Below, piece after piece: positions 1-10,418 of a stretch of 64,000 nt of DNA. The stretch lies in assembly GCA_013180605.1 (NCBI GenBank), contig QBUL01000189.1, forward strand, positions 2,483-66,482, written 5' to 3'. How positions within the stretch are numbered: the stretch's first letter is position 1; every line of letters begins with the position of its first letter. The notes under the pieces were generated by a model. The model searched no databases and had not been told where the DNA came from. It saw nothing but the letters and a program-made list of their open reading frames with translations. The position numbers were made by a program, and so were the translations under genes. The stretch is from Candidatus Methanophagaceae archaeon GoMg1 (GTDB lineage Archaea > Halobacteriota > Syntropharchaeia > Alkanophagales > Methanospirareceae).

Positions 1-400
1 GAGGTTGTATTCCCGCAGGCTTAGCTATGAGGTGAAAAGGGGTGAGAAGGCTTCTATATCGCTGACTGCTTCGAATGCTGGTAAGGGCGGTACGATAACG
101 AATATAAAACCTGAGATAAGCGCTCCAGAGGGCTGGACTGCAACGATAAATCCCAAAGAGGTGACAAGTTTGAAACCTGGTGAGAGCGAGACTTTTACGA
201 TGAAAATAACGCCTCCCGGGGATATTACGCCCAGCGATTACAAGGTGACGGTGAAGATTAAAAGCGACCAACTGGAGGAGGAGGAGGATTTTAGAATAAT
301 CGTCGAGGAATCGTCTAATGTAGCCCTCTATGGCACGGTGATCATCGTTATAGTGATACTGGCTTTGGCTTTTATGTTCAGGAAGTATGGGAGGCGGTGA
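1..400 (+). CDS. NEW3/COG1470-type Ig-like domain surface protein, C-terminal part (5' partial)
   Basis: N.G...I..I...I.APEGW......I.SL.PGES......ITPP pattern, followed by a C-terminal TM helix and basic tail (FRKYGRR). Confidence 0.75.
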   Translation, partial: RLYSRRLSYEVKRGEKASISLTASNAGKGGTITNIKPEISAPEGWTATINPKEVTSLKPGESETFTMKITPPGDITPSDYKVTVKIKSDQLEEEEDFRIIVEESSNVALYGTVIIVIVILALAFMFRKYGRR

Positions 401-427
401 TCCATCGTCTCGGCTATTCCTCACTCT

Positions 428-594
428 TCACTTCAACAAAACCACATTTCCCGTTCCTCTCCTTCTCCGCTCTGCCAATCCTTTACTTTCAAGTAAATCC
501 AACGACCTGCTGACATTTGCTTTTGGCAGCCCGGTTTTCTCCACTATTTCGCTCTGCTCGATAATTCCATCCGATTCAAGAATCGTTTCGTATA
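428..594 (-). pseudogene. Orphan C-terminal winged-helix fragment (COG2512-like membrane-associated HTH protein)
   Basis: Manual translation gives IYETILESDGIIEQSEIVEKTGLPKANVSRSLDLLESKGLAERRRRGTGNVVLLK*. An in-frame TAG lies immediately upstream and there is no usable start. Confidence 0.55.
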
Positions 595-693
595 TCTATT
601 TCATCAAAGTAAATTATAGACACAGATTAACGCAGATTGCGAAACGAAAAAGTTTTTTTTGTGAGTAGGAGGAAGAGTTATAAAACATAAGAT

Positions 694-1701
694 ATGAAAC
701 TGGCATCCGCTTCGGGAAATTTGGAGGTAATTGGACTGGGCGCCTTGAATTACGATGTTTTATATGCCGTTGAGCGCATAGCGAAAGGAGGCGAGGAGGT
801 AGGGATTACGGATGTGAAAAAGGCGCCTGGGGGTTCTGCAGCAAATACAATCGTTGCTTTAGCACGGTTAGGCGTTGATGCGGGTTTCGTTGGCACGGTA
901 GGTAACGATGAAGAAGGCAAACGGATTCTGGAAGACCTTAGGGAAGAAGGGGTGGAGATAAGGATAAAAAAACGTGAAGGTTACACAGGCTCCGCAGTAG
1001 CGTTCGTTGATGCCCGGGGAGAACGAGCACTTTATATCCTTCCCGGTGTGAATGCCCAACTGTGCACAGACGATATAGACCGTGAATTTGTGAACCACGC
1101 GAAATTTCTACACACGAGTTCGTTTGTAAACCGAGAGCAGTTGGAAACGCAGCGTGAATTGGCGAAGCGCATACACAACAAGACAAAACTCAGTTTTAGT
1201 CCCGGTATGCTCTGTTTCAAATACGAACTTGACGATTTGACCGAGCTAATAGAACGAAGCGAAGTGGTTTTTATCAGTGCTGATGAATTGAAATCGGTGA
1301 TAAAGGATACGAACTACGAAAAAGGTGCAGAATTTCTTTTGGACGTCGGTGCCCGGATTGTCTGTGTGACGCTGGGCAGGAAAGGCTGTTATGTCGCTGA
1401 TAGCAGCACGGGAGAATCGCATTTGATAGATGCTTATCCAACGGATGTGGTGGACACGACAGGTGCAGGGGACGCATTCGCAGCAGGATTCTTGTTTGCG
1501 TTGCTGCGTGATAAGAGCCTATACGAAAGTGGAAAGGCGGGCAATTTAGTTGCTTCGCTCTGTATACGCGAATATGGCGGTAGAAAAGGATTGCCTTACA
1601 AGAAATTTATCCCCGCAACGCTACAAAAAGGAGTGAAAAAAAATAAATCGTTGACACAGATTAACGCTTGTGGGCTCTGCCCACATTCCCGCAAGCCCTG
1701 A
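694..1701 (+). CDS. PfkB/ribokinase-family carbohydrate/nucleoside kinase
   Basis: PGGSAANT and DTTGAGDAF signatures; the last ~20 codons run into a dispersed repeat. Confidence 0.93.
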   Translation: MKLASASGNLEVIGLGALNYDVLYAVERIAKGGEEVGITDVKKAPGGSAANTIVALARLGVDAGFVGTVGNDEEGKRILEDLREEGVEIRIKKREGYTGSAVAFVDARGERALYILPGVNAQLCTDDIDREFVNHAKFLHTSSFVNREQLETQRELAKRIHNKTKLSFSPGMLCFKYELDDLTELIERSEVVFISADELKSVIKDTNYEKGAEFLLDVGARIVCVTLGRKGCYVADSSTGESHLIDAYPTDVVDTTGAGDAFAAGFLFALLRDKSLYESGKAGNLVASLCIREYGGRKGLPYKKFIPATLQKGVKKNKSLTQINACGLCPHSRKP

Positions 1702-1826
1702 AAGGGCTTAATTAACACAGATAAAAGGAGCTATACCGTTAAAAATAGCCCAACCCAGCCCAGCAAAAGAAAAAATCAGTGTGAATCTGTGTCTTAAATA
1801 GAAGGAAGTTATACATTATATGCAAT
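1641..1826 (+). repeat. Family A hairpin repeat (TTGACACAGATTAACGC...AATCTGTGTCTTAAATAGAAGGAAGTTATAC) with a nested ~43-bp insert
   Basis: Matches the copies at 9585 and 13761; the insert GCTCTGCCCACATTCCCGCAAGCCCTGAAAGGGCTTA is also present, inverted, at ~13075-13115. Confidence 0.8.
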
Positions 1827-1887
1827 AATAAAGCAATAAATTCTTATACCCCTAAAGCAAGAAGCTATTTTAGGAAGGTCTTATAAA

Positions 1888-3270
1888 ATGCGCGAGTATG
1901 CAGGCGTAGGTGGTGGCGAAGGCGAAAGCATAGTACAAAAGGCGCGGATGGCAAACAGCGCTGCGGTTAAATTGGCTAATGCCACAACGGATGAGAAAAA
2001 CCGGGCACTGCGCAGGATCGCGGATTTGGTGGACATGAACATGGAGCGAATACTTGCGGCTAATGATAAGGACGTTGAAGTTGCGTTGGGCTTAACAAAG
2101 GCAGGGAAAATGTCCACATCACTACTCAAAAGGTTGAAATTAGACAGCGCTAAAATAGACGAGATAATAAAAAGTGTGCAGGACGTAGCGAAATTGGATG
2201 ACCCGGTTGGCAAAACCATGTCGGCGATAGAACTGGATACGGGGCTGGAACTTTTTCAGGTTTCCTGCCCTATCGGTGTTATCGGTGCGATATTCGAATC
2301 ACGACCTGACGTTCTGGTTCAGATTTCCTCGCTGTGTTTGAAAACGGGCAATGCCGTAATGCTAAAAGGCGGCTCAGAAGCACAGAATTCGAACGAGGTG
2401 CTATTTGAGGTGGTTTCAGAAGCCGCATCAGCGACAGAGGGAATACCCGATGGCTGGATTCAACTGCTGGAAACGCGAGAAGAAGTAAATGAAATGTTAA
2501 AACTAAATGAATACATAGACCTTTTGGTGCCGCGTGGCAGCGAACAATTTGTGAAGTATATCCAAAATAACACTAATATAATGGTCTTAGGGCATTCGGA
2601 GGGTGTGTGTCACGTTTATGTTGACCGTGATGCGGACCTGAATATGGCAGAAGACATATGCTACGATGCTAAGGTTCAGTACCCTGCGGTATGCAATGCT
2701 GCTGAGACGCTGCTTGTTGATTCGCCGATTGCTGCTGCTTTTTTACCTCCTATGATAGACAGGTATCGGCAGGCAGGGGTGGAGGTCCGGGGCTGTTCAA
2801 AAACGCTGGAACTTTTAGCGAGCGGTGAACACAACGAGAAACAGAGACATAAAATAAAGCGTGCATCAGAAGAAGACTGGCATACTGAGTATAACGATTT
2901 AATCATTTCAATCAAAGTAGTTGATGGTGTGGATGAGGCTATTGAGCACATCAATCGCTACGGTTCGGGACATACGGATGCGATTGTTACCGCGAATAAA
3001 GAAACAGCGTTAAAATTTATGCGGTTTGTGGATTCATCTTCGGTAATGCATAATGCGTCAACACGGTTCAGTGACGGATTCAGATATGGCAAAGGTGCCG
3101 AAGTAGGCATAAGCACGAATAAAGTGCACGCACGCGGTCCTGTCGGATTAGAGGGGTTAGTTATCTATAAGTATCTAATTGTCGGTAAGGGGCATGTAGT
3201 GGCTCCGTACACAGGTTCTCATGCGAAAGCATTTACACATAAACCCATGTCAAAACAGTTTTATCTTTAA
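1888..3270 (+). CDS. proA: Gamma-glutamyl phosphate reductase
   Basis: PIGVIGAIFESRP, LKGGSEA, PAVCNAAETLLV and NASTRFSDGFRYGKGAEVGIST motifs. Confidence 0.97.
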   Translation: MREYAGVGGGEGESIVQKARMANSAAVKLANATTDEKNRALRRIADLVDMNMERILAANDKDVEVALGLTKAGKMSTSLLKRLKLDSAKIDEIIKSVQDVAKLDDPVGKTMSAIELDTGLELFQVSCPIGVIGAIFESRPDVLVQISSLCLKTGNAVMLKGGSEAQNSNEVLFEVVSEAASATEGIPDGWIQLLETREEVNEMLKLNEYIDLLVPRGSEQFVKYIQNNTNIMVLGHSEGVCHVYVDRDADLNMAEDICYDAKVQYPAVCNAAETLLVDSPIAAAFLPPMIDRYRQAGVEVRGCSKTLELLASGEHNEKQRHKIKRASEEDWHTEYNDLIISIKVVDGVDEAIEHINRYGSGHTDAIVTANKETALKFMRFVDSSSVMHNASTRFSDGFRYGKGAEVGISTNKVHARGPVGLEGLVIYKYLIVGKGHVVAPYTGSHAKAFTHKPMSKQFYL

Positions 3271-3308
3271 GAAATTTAAATATGCGCTTTCATATATTTT
3301 GTAATATA

Positions 3309-3320
3309 CTGAAAGTTCAG
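3309..3320. promoter_or_regulatory. Possible operator (imperfect palindrome CTGAAAGTTCAG) upstream of the regulator gene
   Basis: Lies downstream of a TTTAAATA TATA-like box (~3275) and just upstream of a GbsR/MarR-like gene. Confidence 0.3.
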
Positions 3321-3342
3321 AAAATCCCGAAAAAGAAGAAAG

Positions 3343-3840
3343 GTGGGAAAAATGACGGAATCATCTAAAAACGAATTTATAGAACTTATCGCGGAAAACA
3401 GTAAAGTCAACGGTCTTGATGAGCTATCATCAAAGATCATCGGTATCCTGTTTATAGAACCGGAAGAAGTCGCTCTCGACGAACTGGCGAATAGAACAGG
3501 CTATAGCCTATCCGCAGTAAGCACAGCACTGAAGTTTATAGAAAGAGCAGGAATAGTGAAAAGGTCAAAGAAACCAAAATCAAAAAAGGTGTATTTCTAC
3601 ATGGGGAAGGATATATTGGCTATGTTCCTACAAATCATGAGGAGAAAATACGAAAAGATCATATTGCCATCAAAACAAAAACTACCAAAAATAATTGAGA
3701 AGTATAAACAGGAAAGCACAAAAGAGTCGGAAGAGGAGTTAGGAATTGTAGAAAATTATTACAAAGAGCTATTATTTTTTGAACAAATATTAAAAGAATT
3801 TATTGAGACGTTTGAGCAGTATGAGGTAAACAAAAAATGA
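3343..3840 (+). CDS. GbsR/MarR-family winged-helix transcriptional regulator
   Basis: GILFIEPEEVALDELANRTGYSLSAVSTALK HTH and KPKSKKVYF wing. Confidence 0.85.
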   Translation: MGKMTESSKNEFIELIAENSKVNGLDELSSKIIGILFIEPEEVALDELANRTGYSLSAVSTALKFIERAGIVKRSKKPKSKKVYFYMGKDILAMFLQIMRRKYEKIILPSKQKLPKIIEKYKQESTKESEEELGIVENYYKELLFFEQILKEFIETFEQYEVNKK

Positions 3841-3856
3841 TGAAAAAGGAGGTGTT

Positions 3857-4045
3857 GTGGAAAAAATGTATAAAAAATTTTTAGTAGAAATGAAAATACC
3901 AACAGAAGAAGTCGAAAATGTAGATGAACTTGTTAGAGAGGGCTATTATGGGAGAGACGTAATCTACGATATAATCAGACGTAGAGCGACACAACTCAGA
4001 CCAAGACGTTGGTTTGTTAAAGCAGAAGGAGGTAATATTATATGA
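3857..4045 (+). CDS. Small protein, possibly ribbon-helix-helix-like
   Basis: GGAGGTG RBS; overlaps the next gene; VDELVREGYY resembles CopG-type helix A. Confidence 0.45.
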   Translation: MEKMYKKFLVEMKIPTEEVENVDELVREGYYGRDVIYDIIRRRATQLRPRRWFVKAEGGNII

Positions 4046-5325
4046 TGAGCAAGAAAGACGTCTTTGCGATGGGTTTGGCTGTGGCATCTCTGTTGCTGCT
4101 TGCAACCGCCTCAGTATCCTCAGCTGAGGGTCCTGCCGTTATGATTACAAATTACACGGTGGAGCCAGAAGTCTTGATGCCCGGCGACACCGGCTCTATC
4201 ACAGTCACGATAAAAAACATGGACACTCTGTCATCAGAGACCGAGAGGACTACTACCGGAAAATTTTCTACATCCGAAACCACAACGACATCAACGAGTA
4301 GTATAAGTGCAGAAATAGAAACTATACGGCTGAGTAGCAGAAGCAGAGAGATAGAATGGTTGAGAGAAAGTGTTCAACGCACCGAATACTACAACGTGGG
4401 TGCTTTGGGACCTGATGAAAGCATAAAAATCTCATTACCGATAAAAGCTGCTGCCTCTGCCCATGACGGCACGTATTTCCCTGAAGTCTACATAGAAGTG
4501 GACAATGGAAAAAACGTGCGGTTTCCTGTCCGTGTAAAAGTAGACAGCAGTGAGGTGGAAATACTTGAGAAAGATATCCCTTCAGAGATTTCGCTCAGTG
4601 AGTCAAAGCAGATAGCGATAGTGGTGGCGAATAACAGACCTAATTCAGTGAGAGGTGTGAATGTGGAAGTAAAATCAAAAAGTGGCGGTTTAGAATTCAC
4701 GCCCGATGGAATATACATCGGTAATTTGGAAGCGTATGAACAAAGAGCGCTGAATTTTACGCTTACCCCTCTTTTCGAAGGGGATAACGACATCTATTTC
4801 GAAGCCGATTACAAAAATGGTGATAATGAGCATCACAGTGCGTTTACATCGTATGTATTGGTAAAGAGCACCGCAGATGTGAGGCTTATCCTGGTGAATG
4901 CACCGGAATTTGTTTTTAAAGGTGACGTCACGAGGATAGACTTTGACGTGGCTAATGGAATGGCAAAGGATATCAAAGCGGTGTCCGTGATGCCAGCGAT
5001 AGAAGGGCTCAGAATACTGCCTTCTGAATATTTCATCGGGGACATGGAAGTAGGTGACGTCTTTTCTGCTTCTTTTGACGTTTATACCACCGATTTGAGC
5101 ATTGGAGATACCACAATACCCTTTACAGTGGTGTTCAAAGATGTTGACACGGACAAGCAATACGAAATGCAAGGTTACGAGGTGCATGTAGAGATACGAG
5201 AACCGCAGAAGAGTGTGTTACCGAATCCGGTGCTCATAGGTGCACTGGTTGCCATTCTTGTCTCTGTCGCTGTGGTTATCTGGGTAAGGGTAAAGCGAAA
5301 GCGGGGAAGGCGTGAGAAGAAATAA
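4042..5325 (+). CDS. COG1361 S-layer-domain membrane-anchored protein (ABC-associated)
   Basis: Signal peptide, PEVLMPGDTGSITVTIKN, C-terminal TM and basic tail; upstream of an ABC transporter. Confidence 0.85.
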   Translation: MMSKKDVFAMGLAVASLLLLATASVSSAEGPAVMITNYTVEPEVLMPGDTGSITVTIKNMDTLSSETERTTTGKFSTSETTTTSTSSISAEIETIRLSSRSREIEWLRESVQRTEYYNVGALGPDESIKISLPIKAAASAHDGTYFPEVYIEVDNGKNVRFPVRVKVDSSEVEILEKDIPSEISLSESKQIAIVVANNRPNSVRGVNVEVKSKSGGLEFTPDGIYIGNLEAYEQRALNFTLTPLFEGDNDIYFEADYKNGDNEHHSAFTSYVLVKSTADVRLILVNAPEFVFKGDVTRIDFDVANGMAKDIKAVSVMPAIEGLRILPSEYFIGDMEVGDVFSASFDVYTTDLSIGDTTIPFTVVFKDVDTDKQYEMQGYEVHVEIREPQKSVLPNPVLIGALVAILVSVAVVIWVRVKRKRGRREKK

Positions 5326-5352
5326 AAAGCGAAGGATAAGAAAGAGTAATAA

Positions 5353-6015
<663 letters not shown>

Positions 6016-6018
6016 GCA

Positions 6019-7209
6019 ATGAGAGATAAATTACTTATGGCGTACCGGAGCATAAGGGAAAGACGAACTCGCTCGATACTCACCGTGCTGGGTATCGCGG
6101 TGGGAATAGCGGCTATCGTTTCTTTGATGAGCGTTGGCTATGGTATGGAGGAGGCGATAACAGGTGAATTGACGGGGTATGCTGATTTCATCGGGGTGTT
6201 TCCAGCAAAAATAACTGGTACGACCTACGTGGAACTGGGGAGTTTTACTGATAGAGATTTAAAAGACGTGCAGCGGATAGGCGGTATAAAGGAGTTCTCG
6301 GCAATGACGTTCGACTCCGCAGAAGTGGAATACAGGAACAAAAGAGTGCCCATTTTTTTCATCAGTGGTGATACTAAGGAGCTGGAGAGCATGTATGTGG
6401 AGCCCGTAGGGCTCAAGGAAGGGCGGTGGCTCAGAGAGAATGATTATAAAGGCTGCGTCATTGGAGACCGGGTAGCCAATGACTACTTCGATGAAGTTGT
6501 ACACGTGAACGATAAGCTGATAATAAACGGCGAGAAATTTATTGTCGTTGGTGTTTTTGAAAAGGCAAGCACGCTGTATGCCTCTGACATAGATCCTTAT
6601 ATTTTCCTCACGTTGCGTGCTACAAAGGAAGCTCTGCAAACTGATGAGATAAATTACATCATGGTACGGGTCTATGACATAGAGGAAGCGGAAGAGATAG
6701 CAGAGGAGATCAAGGAAGCGATAAATGACAATCATGGACTCGATGATTTCGCCAACGCAATGACGATGGGTAGCATGATAGAAATGATGGGGGATGTTTT
6801 TAATATTATACGTGGCGTTCTGGTTGGAATAGCGGCAATTGCACTCGTTGTTGCATCCATTGGTATCATGAACACGATGTTGATGTCTGTAATGGAGCGT
6901 ACGCATGAGATCGGTGTGATGAAGGCAATCGGTGCGAAGAGCAGCGATGTCCTCTCTCTTTTCCTATTAGAATCGAGTATGGTGAGTCTGGTGGGCGGTG
7001 TGGTTGGCTGTGTACTGGGCGCTGTGGCGGCGAAAGTCATCAGTCTCGGTGCAGGCACTGCATTGGGGATTGAATTTGGTGCGGTTGTAAAACCCGAAGT
7101 GTTACTTGGCGGCATGGTAGTTGCAATGGTTGTGGGCGTTCTAGCAGGGTTCTATCCCGCGCGTAAGGCGTCAAGAATGAGTCCGGTCGAAGCGGTGAGG
7201 CACGAATAA
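6019..7209 (+). CDS. ABC transporter permease (MacB/FtsX family)
   Basis: RSILTVLGIAVG, SVMERTHEIGVMKAIGA, YPARKASRMSPVEAVR. Confidence 0.95.
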   Translation: MRDKLLMAYRSIRERRTRSILTVLGIAVGIAAIVSLMSVGYGMEEAITGELTGYADFIGVFPAKITGTTYVELGSFTDRDLKDVQRIGGIKEFSAMTFDSAEVEYRNKRVPIFFISGDTKELESMYVEPVGLKEGRWLRENDYKGCVIGDRVANDYFDEVVHVNDKLIINGEKFIVVGVFEKASTLYASDIDPYIFLTLRATKEALQTDEINYIMVRVYDIEEAEEIAEEIKEAINDNHGLDDFANAMTMGSMIEMMGDVFNIIRGVLVGIAAIALVVASIGIMNTMLMSVMERTHEIGVMKAIGAKSSDVLSLFLLESSMVSLVGGVVGCVLGAVAAKVISLGAGTALGIEFGAVVKPEVLLGGMVVAMVVGVLAGFYPARKASRMSPVEAVRHE

Positions 7210-7268
7210 ACCTTCTTTCTAAAGAAAGAAGCTTTATCAAGAAAGATTGTTTTTGCAAAGCAAAAAAG
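7209..7268. repeat. Family D REP-like element (CTTTCTAAAGAAAG hairpin plus TTTTGCNNNGCAAAA)
   Basis: Related sequence at 8471-8565, 48841-48881, 54785-54856 and 60250-60293. Confidence 0.6.
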
Positions 7269-7279
7269 GGTGTTGAGCA

Positions 7280-8467
7280 ATGAAGGATGCATTTCTGTTA
7301 GTATATAGGAACATGAAGGAGCGAAAAGCTCGGTCTGCACTCACGGTACTGGGTATTATGGTGGGCATAGGCGCCGTAATCGCATTAATGTCCGTTGGCT
7401 ACGGGATGCAGGAATCAATAACAGGTCAGCTCGTTGAGATGGCAGATGTCATTATGGTAATGCCGATGAGGATGGAATTAGGCAGCATTGGCGCATTTGG
7501 CAGCTTTACCGACCGTGATCAGGAAGCGGTGAGGCGGATAGGAGGTATAAAAGATGCTGTGGCAATGAGAGGCGAGATGGAAGAAGTAGAATACAAGGGC
7601 GAAAAGTTCATGGTGCATGTCATTGGTACAGACCCCAAAGATGTAGGTGCGCTATTTGGAGCGATAGTGAAGCCAGAAGAGGGAAGATACTCAAAGGCAA
7701 ACGACCACAAAACATGCACCATCGGGTACAGCATTGCTAATGATTACTTCGATGACGAGATTGGAGTTAACGATAGGCTCACGATAAATGGCAGTAAGTT
7801 CAGGGTCGTTGGGGTATTGGAGAAGCAAGGAGGGTTCAGGTCCGAAACGGATTCGGAGATATACGTAACGGCACGAGATTCGGTGAGTATTCTCGATAAC
7901 GAGGATATTTCGGAAATCTTCGTGCGTGTGCGGAATATAGGCGAAGCGGAGGAGATAGCGACGGAGATAGAGGAGCGGATAGATGACAATCACAAGCTGG
8001 ACGATTTTACGTCTGCAATGACAATGGGAAGCGCGATAGAGCAGATGGAGTCCATCTTCGGGATATTGCAAGCGGTTTTAATCGCCATCGCGTCTATTTC
8101 ACTTATCGTTGCTGCAATGGGGATAATGAACACGATATTGATGTCGGTGATGGAGCGTACGCATGAGATTGGCGTGATGAAAGCAATCGGCGCGAAGAAC
8201 AGGAATATTCTTTTTCTGTTCTTACTCGAAGCTGGAGTAGTGAGTGCAATAGGAGGCGTGTGTGGCTGTATTTTCGGCGTGATTGGCGCTCATGCTATAA
8301 GTTTCGGTATACATACGGCGTTTGACGTGGAAATCGCAGCGATTGTGAAACCCGAAGTTCTGCTCGGTGCGGTAGTGGTTGCGATGCTTGTGGGTATTCT
8401 ATCCGGGTTGTATCCCGCGAGGAAAGCGTCAAAGATGAGTCCTGTTGAGGCGGTGAGGTATGAGTAA
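7280..8467 (+). CDS. ABC transporter permease (MacB/FtsX family), paralog of the previous gene
   Basis: Same motifs as 6019-7209; shared NDYFD and DNH.LDDF..AMTMGS.IE segments. Confidence 0.95.
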   Translation: MKDAFLLVYRNMKERKARSALTVLGIMVGIGAVIALMSVGYGMQESITGQLVEMADVIMVMPMRMELGSIGAFGSFTDRDQEAVRRIGGIKDAVAMRGEMEEVEYKGEKFMVHVIGTDPKDVGALFGAIVKPEEGRYSKANDHKTCTIGYSIANDYFDDEIGVNDRLTINGSKFRVVGVLEKQGGFRSETDSEIYVTARDSVSILDNEDISEIFVRVRNIGEAEEIATEIEERIDDNHKLDDFTSAMTMGSAIEQMESIFGILQAVLIAIASISLIVAAMGIMNTILMSVMERTHEIGVMKAIGAKNRNILFLFLLEAGVVSAIGGVCGCIFGVIGAHAISFGIHTAFDVEIAAIVKPEVLLGAVVVAMLVGILSGLYPARKASKMSPVEAVRYE

Positions 8468-8470
8468 ACA

Positions 8471-8565
8471 AACCGTCTTTCTAAAGAAAGAAGCTTTACC
8501 AACAACCTTTCTTTAAAAAAGAAAGCTTGACCAAAGAAACAAGAGTATTTTTGCTTCGCAAAAAC
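8471..8565. repeat. Family D REP-like element, tandem units
   Basis: CTTTCTAAAGAAAGAAGCTTTACCAA and CTTTCTTTAAAAAAGAAAGCTTGACCAAAG. Confidence 0.6.
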
Positions 8566-8581
8566 CACTTAAAGAGTTTTA

Positions 8582-8694
8582 GTAATCCATGTCAAAGAAA
8601 CCTGTTTTAGATCCAACCTTTTGCTTCTCTAATTATATAGCGGGGAAGGTATCGGAAAACCCGAAGGGGGTTTCTGATTGTTTTAGTGGATTAC
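8582..8694. mobile_element. Possible small MITE remnant with GTAATCCA termini
   Basis: GTAATCCA..AGAAACC on the left and GGTTTCT..TGGATTAC on the right; non-coding; no clear TSD. Confidence 0.3.
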
Positions 8695-8796
8695 CTTCTG
8701 CGTACTCTGCGCTCTCCGCTGTAATAAATCGCAGACTATATTTTTAAATAGTACCCTTTATTACTATATAATGCATACATAGTTAACCAAACAAGA

Positions 8797-9507
8797 ATGA
8801 GGAAAATAGTGAACAAGCCACCAGACTTGAAACTGTTTCTGTTCTATGGATTAGTGCTTATACCAACGTTCTTTTTGTGCTGCTCGCGAAACGACATGGC
8901 TTTCTTCTTTGTTCTCGTGGCGATGCTTCTGACAAGCGTGATAGAGATACCCATCTACGGGCTTAGAACAAAGAAGCCAGGATATAGTGCGCTTGAGGCA
9001 GCGTGTATCGGTGATTTTTATGGCGTGCCAATATCAGAGGAGATGCAGGCAGACAATGGAAGGACATATAAAACACAGGTAACACTGAATGTCGGCGGCT
9101 TCATTATACCACTGCTTTTCTCAGTTTATCTGCTGCTGAACTATTCCACACTCTTGTTAGACATATCGCTGGCTATCTTGCTAATGGCTCTCTTTTCCTA
9201 CATGCTTTTAGAGGTAAAAGCAGGCGTGGGCATCGTAATTCCCAGTTACGTAGGTGTGTTTGCCATTCCTCTTGCATTTATACTCGCACCCGAAGTACAA
9301 GCCGAAGCACAAGCAGTGAATACGGCAATAGCGGGGTTGATATTTATACTGGCAATTTTTGGCATTCTATTGGGGCTGCTAATAGCGGTGGCAACACTGT
9401 CCAGAGAAGAAGTAGGAAGCGCTTTTTTTAATCTCGGTGGCATAGGCAGCTTTCAGCCCATATACCTTATCTCCATTCTGGCTTTGTTAATTGGAACCGT
9501 ACCGTAG
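8797..9507 (+). CDS. DUF1614-like membrane protein
   Basis: Multiple TM segments; LNVGGFIIP and S.GG.GSF..IYL motifs. Confidence 0.7.
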   Translation: MRKIVNKPPDLKLFLFYGLVLIPTFFLCCSRNDMAFFFVLVAMLLTSVIEIPIYGLRTKKPGYSALEAACIGDFYGVPISEEMQADNGRTYKTQVTLNVGGFIIPLLFSVYLLLNYSTLLLDISLAILLMALFSYMLLEVKAGVGIVIPSYVGVFAIPLAFILAPEVQAEAQAVNTAIAGLIFILAIFGILLGLLIAVATLSREEVGSAFFNLGGIGSFQPIYLISILALLIGTVP

Positions 9508-9584
9508 CATAGCACAGCGCCGCATACTATCATGCACAAAATTCGTGGGATTTTTTAACAGACATCGAGAAAATAGACAAGAAA

Positions 9585-9716
9585 AAATAAATTGTTGACA
9601 CAGATTAACGCAGATTAACACAGACAGATGATAAAAATCAACACGGTTAAACTAAAATAAATCTGCGTAAATCAGTGTAAATCTGTGTCTTAAATAGAAA
9701 GAAGTTACACTTTATA
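9585..9716 (+). repeat. Family A hairpin repeat, full copy
   Basis: Near-identical over ~120 bp to 13761-13884. Confidence 0.9.
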
Positions 9717-9722
9717 ACTACA

Positions 9723-10418
9723 GTGAAACGTAAAGTAATATTAAAATTAGGTGGCAGTCTGATAGAAAAATCACGGGACATCCTGCGGGTTCTTGTAGAT
9801 TATGCCCGTGAGCGTGATGGAGATAAAAATGGAGATTTCACCCTGGTACTGATTCCCGGTGGTGGACCTTTTGCTGAAACGGTAAGAAATATCTCTGCGA
9901 CTATGTCAATACCCGATGAAACAGCACATTGGATGGCTGTTCTCGCAATGCACCAGTATGGGCTTTTTTTGGCTGCTTGTAGCGGAGGTGAAGCCGGGAT
10001 ACCTTTGGTCGAAAGCGAGGATGAGGATGAAATAGACTGTGCTGGACCGATATGCATATTACTGCCCTATAAGATTCTAGAACAGGATGATTGCTTACCT
10101 CATACCTGGGACGTCACGTCGGACACGATAGCTGCGTTTGTCGCAAACAGGCTGGGTGAAAAAAGATTCATAAAATTGACCGATGTAGATGGAATACGTG
10201 ATAAAAAGAGCGGGCATCTTATCGAAAAAATCCGGGCGAACGAGCTGGCGGGGGAACAGGCAGCTGGTCTGAATTGTATTGATGCGGAGCTTCCAGGATT
10301 TTTAATGCAGACCAAAATGAGCTGCATTATTGTAAACGGCAACTACCCAAACAGGATAATAGATGCAATCGAGGAGAAAGAGAACGTGAACAAGACGGTC
10401 TGCACAAAAATCTTTTAG
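9723..10418 (+). CDS. mfnE: Amino-acid-kinase family protein, MfnE-like (methanofuran biosynthesis)
   Basis: KLGGSL, PGGGPFAETVR, AHWMAVLAMHQYG, LPHTWDVTSDTIAA, LTDVDG. Confidence 0.75.
   Translation: MKRKVILKLGGSLIEKSRDILRVLVDYARERDGDKNGDFTLVLIPGGGPFAETVRNISATMSIPDETAHWMAVLAMHQYGLFLAACSGGEAGIPLVESEDEDEIDCAGPICILLPYKILEQDDCLPHTWDVTSDTIAAFVANRLGEKRFIKLTDVDGIRDKKSGHLIEKIRANELAGEQAAGLNCIDAELPGFLMQTKMSCIIVNGNYPNRIIDAIEEKENVNKTVCTKIF

Noticed and set aside
1641-1826. Family A as integron attC sites (GTTATAC near the end)
   Set aside because: The GTT motif lies outside the hairpin, has no complementary RYYYAAC at the other end, and no integrase is in the window
9585-9716. Family A/B repeats as a CRISPR array
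   Set aside because: Copies are dispersed hairpins, not regularly spaced direct repeats with unique spacers, and no cas genes are present
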